Shown here: positions 13,428 through 26,255 of the stretch, one piece after another
Position numbering within the stretch: position 1 is the stretch's first letter
Layout: each line of letters opens with the position of its first letter
From: Chiloscyllium plagiosum
Taxonomy: Eukaryota
DNA length: 64,000 nt
Direction: 5' to 3'
Assembly: GCF_004010195.1 (NCBI RefSeq)
Contig: NC_057711.1
Coordinates: 79,826,361 to 79,890,360 of the forward strand
Notes under the pieces: generated by a model
Seen by the model: the letters and a program-made list of their open reading frames with translations, nothing else
Told to the model about the DNA's origin: nothing
Database searches by the model: none
Made by a program: the position numbers and the translations under genes

Positions 13428-14131
13428 TGTTATGACATAGGGTAAAACTCTCTGCTAATTTAAACCCGACACCCAGAGAAGCTCACCTTATGTTGCAATC
13501 TATTACATTTCGAGAGGCAAAGAGTTATCCCAGAGGTTAACAATTTTATTCTTTAAGTCCAACAGAGAATACTTAAAACCAACAACTACTTACAACTCCT
13601 TTTTCTCTTAAACTAATCTTTTACTTCCCACTCTACAATACTTGTCCGATAAACTCCCTCTTAAATTTACGGCAAAATCATTTTCAAACCCAGGTATAGT
13701 CTTCAGATGTTGAACTTTCTCTGTAGATTCTTTTAGTTCGACTTTGGTGTTCTGCTGCACAAATTTCTGATCAACAGGTACCTTTCAGAAAGCTGACCAG
13801 GTGGCAGTCTGTTTGTCAGGAATTTGGCAGTTCTCTACCTACCTGTTCAAAATGTCCAGTTTTATACCTCTAAACATTGGATCATTTCATAGGTTTGATG
13901 TCCTCTGAAACAATGAAATTCAAATTCGATTGGATTTTGGTACCTGGGGCATAAGTTAAACTGATTGGCCGGATTTGAATTTGTTTTTGTTCCATGGCAA
14001 CACAGTACCAGCTATTTGTGTCAACCAAATGTTACATTTTTACCTTGTTCAGGACACTCTGTGCTTCTCTAAGTCTGTGCCAGCTTCCAGTCTCTCTTAA
14101 AGGTACAGTACACACCGACACCTTCATAACA
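13428..14131 (-). mobile_element. Solo LTR, probably Ty3/Gypsy, 704 bp
   Basis: TGTTATGA...TCATAACA termini; 4 bp TSD atag/agag; removing it restores the host inverted repeat; minus-strand AATAAA near 13545. Confidence 0.8.
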
Positions 14132-14262
14132 AGAGTCAAAGGAGTCCTGTGTCATGGCGATGTGACACAGCAAACAATTTTAGATTGTTTAATGTACACA
14201 TCTCCATGACACTGGACTCCTTTGATTATAAATTCTGTAATCATGATCTTATTTTCCACACC

Positions 14263-14297
14263 CACCTGGTGAAGGAGTGTCGCTCCGAAAGCTAGTG
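14263..14297 (+). ncRNA. Minimal type I hammerhead ribozyme motif, family B, with one core substitution
   Basis: cac-CTGgTGA-a-ggagtgtcgctcc-GAAA-gc-TA-gtg; stem I cac/gtg. Confidence 0.6.
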
Positions 14298-15471
14298 CTT
14301 CCCATTAAACCCATTGGACTATAACCTGGTGTTGTGTGATTTTTAACTTTGTCTACCCCAGTCCAACATCGCCACCTCCAAGTCACATTTATGTCACAAG
14401 GATATATTTTCAATTAGATTGTGCATTCATCAGTGTTGAATGGAGATAAAATGCAATTTATTATTAAGTAAGGAATAATAGGAAATTTCCTTTTATGTCC
14501 AGGTACATTCTGCATTCTGAATTTGACACTGTTTAGCAGCAAAAATCTAGACCACTTATAACAAACTTGTTTCAAAGTAAACTCATTGAACACCCTTTGT
14601 CTCCATAATTTTTTAAATACCGAGTGGGAAAACAATGTTCCTTGAAGAAGATAAGTCCGTGAAGAAGAATAAGTTGAGTGTTTAATTACTTTTCTGACGC
14701 ACAGACCTATCTTGGATTTTGCTCATCTGCATCAGTGGGAAAATGGAAATGTTGAAACGAAAGTATTTTACAAAATTTGCAGATTCTGAAAACTGACTAA
14801 GCTAATTAAGGTTCAGATTTTCTGTGCTTTCTCAGCAGGTCTTGAAAACCTTTAACATGACTATCATGAAGTGGAAAGATGTGATTAACTGGAAATCCAC
14901 ACTATTATATTGTAGTAGCTTTCTATATCAGTGAGAAAGATCAACTGAAAGGAAAATCCAAAACAGTGCAAAATTCATTGTCTAACCCTGTGTCTAATGC
15001 TTGTATCAGCTTGTGGCAAGGCTTGTTGCTGAGATAGTTTATGTTTTAACCACTTATGTGGCTTGATTTCATGTCCCACTGCCTTTACGGCCTGGTTGAA
15101 GACAGTTGGCTCTCTTCCTATCACCTTCCCACTCACCTTAAACAAACACCTCAAATGGACAGGAGACAGGGAGGCCTCTGGCAGCTCCTTCAAGCAAGCC
15201 TATTGAGGCTCTTAAGTGACTAACATAAGACTTTAATACATCTACTTTACCAATGGCAGGGAGAAGTCAATACCAAGGTACAGCCTAAAGCTTTTAGTGC
15301 AGATTGGTCTCAGGCAAGGAGAGGAACTTACATTGGGGCTCCCTTTTGCCTATCAGATCATTAGAGATACCCTCCATCAAACATCATGCCCTTCTCTCTG
15401 ACTTCTCAAACTCAACCTTCCCCATTGTCTACACTCCCACAATGGGGCCTACAAAACCCCAGATTTGCTTA

Positions 15472-15683
15472 CACATTGTTCTGCCATAATGTGTATTTCA
15501 TTAACACTAATTCGTTGTAATGCCAAATTGGGGACACTTTCTAAAGGCAAACGTTTACAACGTGCGTTGGCAATGATGCGATTACATCGTCAACGCAAAT
15601 AAGTGCTGTTTCTAAAGCGCAATCTTTCTATAATGCCGGATTGCAAAAGAATGTAACAATCACGCTATAAAAGAACTACCTGC
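15472..15683. mobile_element. Tc1/mariner (Tigger/pogo-like) MITE, degenerate
   Basis: Imperfect terminal inverted repeats: left gttctgccataatg, right cgctataaaagaactacctg; internal subrepeats. Confidence 0.5.
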
Positions 15684-17943
15684 ATTTACTTTGAGTTGCG
15701 CCCCATTTGTTCAAGAATGACCCATAGCCTTAGCAATAGCCCTGGCTTAACCATGCCACAATGGGGAATGATGGACCTCCTAGCCAGTTGTTTTAAGTGG
15801 TCTAGTTCTTGCTACCAAACAGTTGGATTAGTGGCCAGCTCTCCAAGGTGGGACTGCTTTCACATTTGGAGGCAATTAATGCTGATACCAACTTAAAATG
15901 GCTGTAGATAGATGTCTTTTTGATGGGCAACTCCAGACTGTTTTTTTAATCAGGTTGGGGATGGGGAAAATGGCATCTCATAAAACTCAGACCATGTTAT
16001 AACAGTAGTTTAAGGTGGCTTGTTACTATTTATATTCAATAGAGGTGACAACAAACAGTATAAATGCATTTGCAAACTCTAAATGAACAATACTGGCAAT
16101 TTGGGATTTGCACAGCCCATTGACACAGGCAATATTAACCTGGTTTATTTTCAAAGCTACTTGCTCTTCCTTCTTTAAATAGAGTATGACTAGATCACTA
16201 CCACAGGACAATCTGCCCAAAGAACTAAGCTGTCACGTATTTGTTTTCATTGGTGGGGGCTGGAGTCCCGGTTGCAGGAGACATGCAGTTGAAAAGCGTG
16301 GTTAGGCAGAAGTGCTTAAAAAAGATGTTGCTTGCAGTTAAATTGGCGGACGTGCTTGTGTAAGAGAAGCAATTAATTACTCAGAATAGCACAAATTAAT
16401 ATGGGCTGAACAATTTCTTTACATCCAGAAGATTTAGAAGCTATGTTACAGGAGGTGCACAAACCAGGGTGTTTTTATTTGAAGTTGCAATCCACCCTCT
16501 TAGCAAATTCTGTAAGGACGGAGCTTATCAACTGAGTCAATGCAGGTATCAAGTCAATGCAGGTACCCTTGATCACAAATGAGGAAGACGTTTTGGAGAG
16601 AAGTTAAGACAAACTAAATAGTTGCAGCAAGCAAGAATAGGGAACCGAACAAAATCAAACATAGTATTCTATCATATAAAAACAACAAACACAAGAAGCA
16701 AAATACAGATATAAAATCTTGCCACAGTAACTGTGGAACAAAGTGTCTCCACAAGAAGGTCATTTGAGAAGGCCAATCTGACCTTTTCATGTTGATAAGA
16801 ATCTTATAAGATTCTGCAATAAACTTGATCTCAGTAAACTTTTATTGTAAAATATAGATTCAGTCTAAATGTGGCTTGAGATTATGCTATTTATTAATTT
16901 GTATACAAATGGGAAACTGATTCAAGCATAGCTGGTTTAGGAAGGAGCTTAATAGCCTTTTAATATCTGTTCAATTTGCAATTGCAGAAACCCACCCACA
17001 GTTCCCAGCACTGCTGCAACCCACTTACTGGTGCACTTAACAATTACACTCCCACACACTCCATAACTCATTCAACTAGTTCTTCATTCACAGTCACTCC
17101 TCCAAAATTGATAAATAGTTGACATCTCAGTATCTCTATCTCTCTCATTTCTTTTTTATTCTTCCGCTTTTATTCATTCTTTTTCTCAAAGCCAATGTTG
17201 CTTGGTTCTCAATACTGTGACAACCTGACCAAATGTTAACTGTTAATATAATTGTTGAGTCAAGCGTGGTACTGACTGTAATCACAAAACTAATTGTAAT
17301 ACTATCATATTTTCTTCATTTATATGGTGATAAATTGTATAACAAAAGCAAATAACTTAGGATGCCAAAAAGTTGAAATAAAAACCAGAAAAGGTAGAAA
17401 TACTCAGATGGACAGATACCAACGGTTGGAGAACAAGAACTGATGGATGGACATTTTATCACCAAGATTCCACTGGAGTGAAGGGACCATTTCAAGTCAG
17501 GAACCTGACTGCTGTTTTTTGAGTTTTGTCATTGCTTCTTTTCCTGTTTATTGCAAGTATCATTCTATCTCTGAGTTTCTTGATCAATTAGGGAGGGTGT
17601 TTACAATGACACACCTTAACCAGCAATGAAAGATCATTATTTAAAGAGTGCCAGAAAGACTCATAATGGCAGCAGTGATAGCAGGAAACAATCCAGTGTG
17701 AGGGAGGTGCAAGTGTAGCAAGTGTGAAGGGAAAGGCTGCAGTTCAGTTCACAGATTCATGCTGAGGAATGATGATTCAAGCAGTGAGGGCACAAATGGA
17801 AGCCATGTTCCCTCGGAATGGGAGAAGGGTGACAGACAGTGAATGGGTACAAATAGAAGAAGTTGACAGTAGCTATAGCATTGTGCAGAGGACAAGAAAC
17901 AATAGTTTCATTAAGTTCAGCAATGTGACTGTCCTCAAAATAG

Positions 17944-18270
17944 GGGATGGCGACTCGGTGGTTAGCCCTGCTGCCTCATAATGGCAGTGACCTGGGTTCG
18001 ATTCCACCCTCTCTGTGGAGTTTGCACATTCTCCCTGTATCTGCATGGATTTCCTCCAGTTTCCTCCCAAAATCCAAAGATGTGCAGGTAAGGTGGATCG
18101 GCCTTGCTAAATTGCCCATAGTGTCCAGGGATATACCGGCTAGGTGGATTAGCCATGGGGAAATGCAAGGCTATAGGGTAATGGGGGTGGATCTAGGCTG
18201 GATGTACATTGCAAAGTCAATATCGACTGAATGGGCTAAATGATCTGCTTGCAACATATAGGGTTTCTAA
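17944..18270 (+). mobile_element. HE1-type V-SINE, older copy
   Basis: tRNA-like head tggttagccctg...gggttcgattcc followed by the core tgtggagtttgcacattctccc. Confidence 0.9.
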
Positions 18271-20649
18271 GTCTCAGCTGCCATCACTCTCACTAAGCTA
18301 CTCCACCAAGCATTCTGCAGAGCACTCCTGACTATATGCTCTACTGTCATTCACAGTGGGCAGCTCCTCCATTTCAAATAGAATAAAAAGGCAATTGAAT
18401 TGAGAAAGCCTTTTGCAAATACAGGAAAATATGAGGCTCACAATTGCTTTTTGATGGTGCATTCAGACCTACTGGAGGCTAGAAGAGCCAATCTGATGTT
18501 GATAAACGTATAGAATTGTCAGGGCACATTTACTAACGTAGCTAAATGCAAAGTGCTCTGGGAAGTTTGGCCTAAAATTGCTAAGTACTCAACTTAGAAT
18601 GATAAGTTTAAGGTGAACTGATGACCTGGACAAGATCACCAAGTGTACAGCATTGGCTTACTTTTGCAAATATGTTAATAACAAACATTGATTCTATGCT
18701 AATAGACAGTTGTCTAAGCAAATGTCAAGTGTTAAGCATGTTATAAATGTGTACTTGCAGCCTTCTTGCAGTTTAATATTATTTTGCTCAAAACTTCATA
18801 TAATGAATAGAATATTAACTTAAATTATTGCAGTTACTCCTGTGCAATTGTTGCTTGGTATAGGCTTGTGTCCAATCTCCTGTTCTGACTGGATACATCC
18901 AGCTATGGAGAAGACAAGCTACTGCTTTTGCAGTTACTGCCCCTCTTGCTGTGCCCACAGAGGTCCAACCAACTATAAAACATGTCAATCTCAGATGACA
19001 GGGAGATCTCACATGGAAGATGACTGTCAAGAGAATCCAAGGCAAGGTATTTGTGAACTTCTTGTTCCAGTTCTGCCTCAAGTTCAGAAGGAGTTTGCAG
19101 AATACGGAGGATTCCTTAGTCCAGGATACGCATTGTCCTGAATTTCCCCAGGCTGCTTCTGTCAGATGTTGTTAAAGAGAAAGCAGTTTCTTGTTTCAAA
19201 GTTGATTAGCAGCATAGAAAGGGGTGTAGAAGACTCAGGAAGGGACTCCCAGTCTGAAAGTTGTCTCTGCCGGTGCCTGGTGAAACATTAGTAGCCTGGT
19301 ACACTGAAATCGGATGTACTGGTTTGTTAAACTGCTGATGTGGGGTGCACTTGAGATGGTAATATGGGATAATCCTTACCTGGATAATGCCAACAATTGT
19401 TTGAAATTTAAGAGAGAAAAGGTTACCATATCATCCTTCATATGATATGGTAACCTGAGTCAACAGTCAGAAAGTGGCGTTAGTGGTGAGCCAACTACCC
19501 AGTTTATGTTAATTTAGTAATCTCTCATTATGAAAATAATAAATTGAATTTTTGTACCATTTATTTCAGCAATACCATTGATTTTCATCAGACCATTTCA
19601 TACAATGGCTTGTCTTTCTGTGTCCACTTGGCCACTTCTGGTATGCATCAAAGTTCTATCCTTGTTCACCTCCTGTTCTGTGTCTTTCTACTGCCTCTAC
19701 CCTGCTCTACGAATGAAGGACCTCAGCTTATCGTGTGAAGGAATAGCTAGAGTTGGGGCCATCAACATAATTGCGTGCCAATGACACTGCACTGCATCAT
19801 TTTACCAATACCTATGAATCCACTAGAGGAGAGGTGAGAACTTCAGCACTGCATGACCATTTCAAAGGACCATTGAATGCCCCTCTTAATAAAAGGAAGA
19901 GTACACAATTTCATCCATCATAGAATATATTGCGTCTTTTTCTTGTCTGCAGATTGGAACCTCTTAGCTTACCCATGCACCGGGTAAAGTAACTGTTCAG
20001 AGTGATAGGTAGGCCAAGGTAAAGGAAATGCTTGACATTGTAATTAGTCCCTACTGTTTTCCAGTGAGACATTATGCACATGTTTAGATCAAATGCGACT
20101 GACAATCTGAACTAGCTGTGCTAACAGATCTGGTACGATTGTTCCATTACCATTGCATTCTCTGGTGACTTATGCTAAGATTGTAGCACTGACCCCAAAG
20201 AAATATGGGCCTATTGTAAAAATGGGGAAGGGGGGTGTTAGGAATATCTTACCTTCCATTCTTTACCAATAACTACCTACCAGGACTTTTAGCTCTTTAT
20301 CACCATCTTTGATTCTGGGAAGGCACTTTAACAAAACAGTGACAATCATGGAGACAAACTGTGGCTGAGCCAGAAAGGACTGCATCTGGCAACACTGAAG
20401 TTATTTTATTTGTCCCCTACCAGACATTTCATGCTTTAATCATCCCCACTCCTGGATGTTTCCAAGGTTCTGTTCCATCCAAAACTGAGCTTCATCAATA
20501 TATTACCAAAACTTTTCACCATCAAAATATCAGATGGTCCCATTTCACCACTGGAAAGTATGTTCTACACAATTATCACCTTCAAATTTTAATTTTTGAA
20601 TGTATTTGAGTTTAAAGAATGGGAGATTACCTTATTGAGACATATAAAC

Positions 20650-20870
20650 CTTGTGGCACAATAGTGGTGTCTCTGCCTCTGGGCAAGAAGGTCCAGGTTC
20701 AAGTCCCACCTACGCTGGAAATGTCTGACAACATGGCTGAACAGGTTGATTCAAAACATATGTCCAAAAGGATTGAGGGCTCTTGCGGTACAATGGTAGT
20801 ACTAGTGACCAGGGGGCCCAGATTCAAGACCAACTGCTCCAGACGTGTGTGGTAAAATGTCAAAATGTGT
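20650..20870 (+). mobile_element. Two tandem degenerate tRNA-derived SINE heads
   Basis: Related units starting near 20652 and 20784, each with a B-box-like motif (ggttcaagtcc, gattcaagacc). Confidence 0.5.
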
Positions 20871-22239
20871 TAATTTTAAAAAAAGGTATTCCAAAAGTGG
20901 GAAGGGAGGAGAGAGAGAGAAAAGGAATGTTTAGGACAGCAGCAGAAATGGGTGTTCGATGTAAAAAACAAATAAGTAGCTGTGCTTTAATTTTGGATCT
21001 GACTTTTCAGCTTTGAACCTTCCACTTCTTTGCCTCTGTAAATGAATTTCATGCACTAATTTGTGGATAAGTTTTACATTTTGATTAGACCAACAAACTT
21101 TTAACCACCAATATCTTTGACGCCTTTAACATAACCGTCATGGAGACTTGTGGCTCGCAAGCACTCAGTGAATCAATAAACTGTGGTGTTGTGAATGTAG
21201 TCTTGCTATTTTTATGAAGTTGAGGCCAGATCTAACATTAGCTGGGTATTATTTATTGATGGTCATTAAGAAATATTGATATTAGAGTTCCTGTTGGCTG
21301 ACTATAAACAAATAAATGTATAAATAAGTCAATGCCATTTTTCACCCAGTTAGCAAAACATTAATGTGTACTGCTGCAAATAAATGGGGGAAATCTTTTA
21401 CATCAATCCTGTAAGATCCTGTAAATCATCAGCAGATTGTTTCATTATAAACAGTAAAATTAAAAATATTTCAGTTTCAGTATTAAAATCAACATTTTAA
21501 ATGTCTTGAATCTGCCATGGGGAAAAGGCTGAGAAAATCTACAGCTGGAATTGATCTGGCTACTTACTCAATTTATAATGGCTTTTGTGCCTTGGTTAGT
21601 ATACAGAGAAGGATAATAAGGATGACTGGGGACGTAGGGCTCTTCAAAATAATGAAACATTAACCATGCAGAAAAATACTCTAGAATCTGACTCTTGGTT
21701 AAAGTCACAATGAACAGCTCAAACCTACAAGTGTCCTTGTGCCTTGATTCTTTTTGTCATTTTTATCTAATGATTGTTTTCACTGAGGAATACAAACAGA
21801 TCGATAAGGGACAATGACCTATTCATTTCAAGTTTATTACTGTGCATATATGAATGAACAATTTGCTGGGAACTAAGAACATAAAATCTGAGGCAAAGGT
21901 TTCAAATTAACTTGTCTCAAGCACAATGAGATAAAAGAAGCAATATCCCTGTCCCCAAAAAGAGCACATTGTATTGGTGCAATAGCTTTCCAACAAAGCA
22001 CATGGTGTTATCTTGATTGATTCCTTAAGTAAATAGTTGAATAATTATCAGTTGGGAGTGTTAATAAAGTTTAAAGAATGTGATGATTTCATTTTTCACA
22101 GGCTGCCTGCGACTGGAGCAGGGTCAAGGTAATTTTTCGCAGATGAGAAGGTGGATAAACATGAAGGAGATTTGCTTTGCAGCTTTAGATACTTGATTAT
22201 ACAAACACAGATTTTTCCTTCAGGTGGCTAAAGGGTTTG

Positions 22240-22550
22240 GCTCGAAACTTTTTCCCCAGGTACAACAGAGTGTTACAAGGGGACATAAATTTAAGGTGAA
22301 GGGTGGAAGGTATAGGGGAGATGTCAGGGGTGGGTTCTTTACCCAGAGAGTGGTGGGGGCATGGAATGCGCTGCCCGTGGGAGTGGTGGAGTCGGAATCA
22401 TTGGCGACCTTTAAGCGGCATTTGGATAGGTACATGGATGGGTACTTAATCTAGGTTAGAAGTTCGGCACAACATCGTGGGCCGAAGGGCCTGTTCTGTG
22501 CTGTATTGTTCTATGTTCTATGTTCTATGTTCTATGTTCTATGTTCTATG
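22240..22550 (+). mobile_element. Young 5'-truncated CR1 3' end
   Basis: TRGHKFKV...FFTQRVVGAWNALP...FKRHLDRYM; tail (TTCTATG)6 at 22509-22550. Confidence 0.95.
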
Positions 22551-22940
22551 AATCCTTGCCAGGCTATATAATCTGATAATTTTTGTTGCGCCATAGGAAG
22601 CTATTGCTCTCCTCTTGTTCTGCTCAAGTACTTTGCTGCTGGATCTCTCTCAGTTAGTCTATCACAAATTTTCTTGCTTTCCATCTATCCTAGTTTAGAA
22701 ATCCATAATTTGAAAGCATTCCTATGTCTCAGTGACATAGAGATCAATGGCAAGCTTCCTTTAACTTTTTTTTCTGTTGATTTCCTGCTCATTGGTTCTT
22801 CAATTGACAGGCGGGAGGTTTTCTGGCTACAAGATTACAATTGAGGAGAGCAGGTAATTCTAATGATGGGGGAAGTGAGTTTGGTTTCTGATCATAGGAA
22901 TGGTTGGCCTGATGATGGTCTTGGGTTTTTATTGTATCAT

Positions 22941-23271
22941 GGAATCGTAGAATCCCTACAGTGTGGAGGCTGGCCATTTGGTCCATTGAGTACACACCCA
23001 CCCTCTGAAGAACATCCCACCCAGACCCACCTCCACAATATTTTCCCATGGCTAATTCATCTAGCCTGCATATGGGCAATTTAGCATTGCCAATCCACCA
23101 AACTTGTGCATCTTTGGACTGTGGGAGGAAACCGGAGCACTCAAAGGAAACCCATGCAGACTTTGGGAGGATGTGCAAACTCCACACAGACTGTCACCTG
23201 AGGATGGAATCAAACTCAGGTTCCTGGTGGTGTCAGGCAGCAGTACTAACCACTGAGCCACCATGCTGCCC
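22941..23271 (-). mobile_element. HE1-type V-SINE
   Basis: Full reverse-complement head, core and tail. Confidence 0.9.
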
Positions 23272-23664
23272 CTATGGTGTTCAGAGGTATTGTGATTATT
23301 GTGGAGGAAGAGGATTGGATCTGATGATGTGGAATGGTATTTAGTCGGGAAAGGTCTGATTGTTGTCTATGTTGTGAGGTGGATTTTGATAGTGGTCTGT
23401 TTTGGGGGGCTTTATGGTGAGCATGAAAATAGTATGATTGTAGGAGGGGTTGAGACAATAGATTGAAGGATGGGATTTAGCAGGAATATTGTTAGGCCTG
23501 GGGGAGGTCCTCTTGTCCTTCATAGCCTACAAGCAGTTCTTCAAAGCACCTTACTTTGCAGTTTCAGCCCTTCTTCCCTGCTTTCACTAATTGGGTGCTC
23601 TGAAGACTAGGAAATATAGCCTAGAAAAGAAGAAACTAATACAACAGTTGAAATGAAAGCAAGA

Positions 23665-23870
23665 AGCTAGCACTCTTGCCTTTGAGCTGTGGGTTTAAGT
23701 TCCATACGATGACCTGAGGGAATGCTGCATAATCACAGTGGTGCTTATAAATGAGACTCTTAATCAAAGCCCTGTACACCCTCGGAGATGGATATAAGTG
23801 ATCCCATTGCACCATTTAGGAGAAGAGTGGTATTATATGCATGGAGTCGAACTTTAATTACTCTCCCAAG
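23665..23870 (+). mobile_element. DeuSINE-like fragment (Deu domain)
   Basis: gagggaatgctgca...atgagactcttaatcaaagccc...gatcccattgcaccattt...gaagag resembles the Deu domain of SacSINE1/AmnSINE1 (recognised, not searched). Confidence 0.6.
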
Positions 23871-24102
23871 CACTGCTTCTTAGTCCATGGAACTGTTTAT
23901 TCACTATTTACGAGCGACAAATATTCTCTTGTGGCCTTGGTTAAACTGTCCAGCTAATTCCACATAGTCATGTGATATTGGAATTGTCATTATATAATAT
24001 ATTCTGCTGACATCTCATTATTCCACATCTCCCTCCAAAACGTTATCATTATATGGAAATCTTCCACGAAAGTCTTAGACTTCACAAAGTTAGTCTTTGT
24101 GA

Positions 24103-24153
24103 TGTTTTCCCTCAGGTGTTGTTTTCCCTCAGGTGTTGTTTTCCCTCAGGTGT
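24103..24153 (+). repeat. 17 bp minisatellite, 3 copies
   Basis: (tgttttccctcaggtgt)x3. Confidence 0.9.
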
Positions 24154-24599
24154 TGAGGTCGCATTCTGAGTTTTTGGATGCTTTCCTCAGTTTGAATGTT
24201 TCTCTTCTGAGTTTTTGTGAAGATCTCTTGTTCCTCTTCTTCAGAGAAAGAATTCCTTTTATCTATTGGTTTCTTGCTCATTGTGATACAATTTGTCTTA
24301 TTATCCCTTGATCTGTTGGAACCCTGTATGATCCTGTTCTGGAAGAACAGTCACTGGACTTTCCACACACCTATTGCCAGACCTGCTGAGTTTCCCCTGC
24401 AGTTTCTGTTTTTGTTTGTGATCTTCTATTTGCTGTGTTATACTTATGATCATTTCTTATTTCTGTTGATCTCTTATTCATACTATCTTCTCGGGTTACA
24501 GCTCTGGTAATACTTATGTATCTGATGTTCTGTTACTTTTATGAAAAATGCCTAGCAGGGTTGTTTTCTGTTTCTCATCCTGTTTAGTTCTGTTAAGAT

Positions 24600-26250
24600 C
24601 ACTCCCCATAATATTTATCAATAGCTTCTGAGACAGAAATGGAAATTGTGTTGTAAATGTCCTACCATTAGTACCTTTGATGTAGACAATCCACTCTGCA
24701 GTGGTGATGATCTGCAGCGCAGTACTGCAAAATTAAAATATTTTTTCTTTTTCAACAATGGTTTCATTGTAGAAACTCCTTGCTCAGTTTCATTCACTGA
24801 AGAATGGTGTGGTGAATCTGACATGAATAAGATCATATTTGTATGGAAAGCTCTTGAACTCATTTAGTTACAGCTAGTGTGTCTGGAATGTGATGTATTG
24901 AAAAGATTTCTTTGAGTGGTTCTATTAGAACTTCTGCTATAATCTTGTGTGGATTGAGGTAAACCACCTATTTCAAGTAGTACCCTATGATGATGATGAA
25001 GATCTTTCCTTTGAAGGTGAAAAAAAATCAATTGTCAAATGATTCCATGGCTTTAATGGTAGTAATTGTGATTATTTTCTCCCTTGGCTGTTCGCTGGAC
25101 ATGAAAGACACATTTTGATGATTACTTGTATTGAGTGTATAATCCCTGGCCACCAGGCTGACTGTTGTACTTTTACCCAATGACCTTGATGAATTTTCAT
25201 TCTAACTGCTTTTGATGCCATTAATCTCACATTGAGGACCAGCAAGTTGTTGATCACAGTAAAATGTCTTTGCTGCTCAAAATACTGCTTAGTATGCCAT
25301 TGTTAGGTGTATCATCAGGCCAGCCGTTCAGACAGGAATTCAAAAAGTTTAAATCTGTTTTCTTTGCTGATCATAATGTTTGCTGATGTTTTCTTCCACT
25401 GCATATAATCAGTTGTTGAACCATACCTCATTAGCCTCAATCTGAACTGTTGAATTTTGAATGGTATCTTGGCTACTTCTTTTACATTCGTAAGAGAAAT
25501 CAATTGTTTATGGTCTACTTCTATTTTAAACTGTGAGACCATTAAATACTCCAACTTTTTTTTTGCACAGTCACATTACTGCAAAGGTCTCTGTTTCAAC
25601 CATGCCATATTTTTATTTCATACCAGTAAGTTATCAAGACTGGTGAAGGCATCCATTATTCTGCATCTGAGAAATCACAGCCCATAACTTGTTGAAGATA
25701 CTTGAGCTCCTACAATATTTTAAAAATGTAGATTATAATGATATTTATGATGAGATCTGATTGCTTAATTCTGTCAAATGCTTTTCCCTAGTTTACATAG
25801 CAATACTGTTGACCCTAGCATGGTACATGTCTCAGAGATTCATTTTCCTGGGCATAATCTGAGAATTAGGGGCAGACCATTCAGGAGAGATGTTACAATG
25901 CTCTTCTATAATCAAACAGGTGGTAGATGTTTGGAACTTGCTTACATAAATGGCAATGGATTCTGAATCAGTTGTTCATTTCAAATCAGAGATAGAAACA
26001 TTTTTGTTCATCAAAGGTACGAAGGGATATGAGCCAAAAGCAGGTAAATGGAGTTAAGGCACAGGCGGGCCATGACTTCATTGAATAGAGGACAGCCTGG
26101 AGGGGTCTCAAAGGCCCAACTCTGTTTCTATATTCCTATATGCCTCGGCTAAGTTTGAATGAAACGTTCGTATCTTATTAACCAACCCAAGGAATCCTTG
26201 AAGTTCAGTAATGTGTCTTTATGATGGAAAACCTTTAATGGGCTTGATTT
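24600..26250 (-). mobile_element. Ancient Ty3/Gypsy pol relic in canonical RT-RH-INT order, interrupted by a CR1 tail
   Basis: Minus strand: ITELQGFLGLVN (about 26140-26220); FKIEVDHKQL...IQQFRLRLMRY (RNase H); IHQGH...WWPG...CLSC (integrase Zn finger); SPHHSSVNETEQGVSTMK...RSSPLQSGLS (integrase core). Confidence 0.8.
25830..26140 (+). mobile_element. CR1 3' fragment nested in the Gypsy relic
   Basis: GHNLRIRGRPFR motif plus CR1-type 3' UTR. Confidence 0.75.
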
Positions 26251-26255
26251 TCTGG

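Larger units (their letters stand above)
13311..14385. mobile_element. Penelope-like family B termini in inverted arrangement, left arm split by a solo LTR
   Basis: 13311-13427 plus about 14136-14167 are the reverse complement of about 14193-14345; right arm matches 29650-29835. Confidence 0.8.

Noticed and set aside
18842..19141. 99 aa Cys-rich ORF
   Set aside because: No recognisable domain or Cys spacing pattern, non-ATG start, and a length expected by chance
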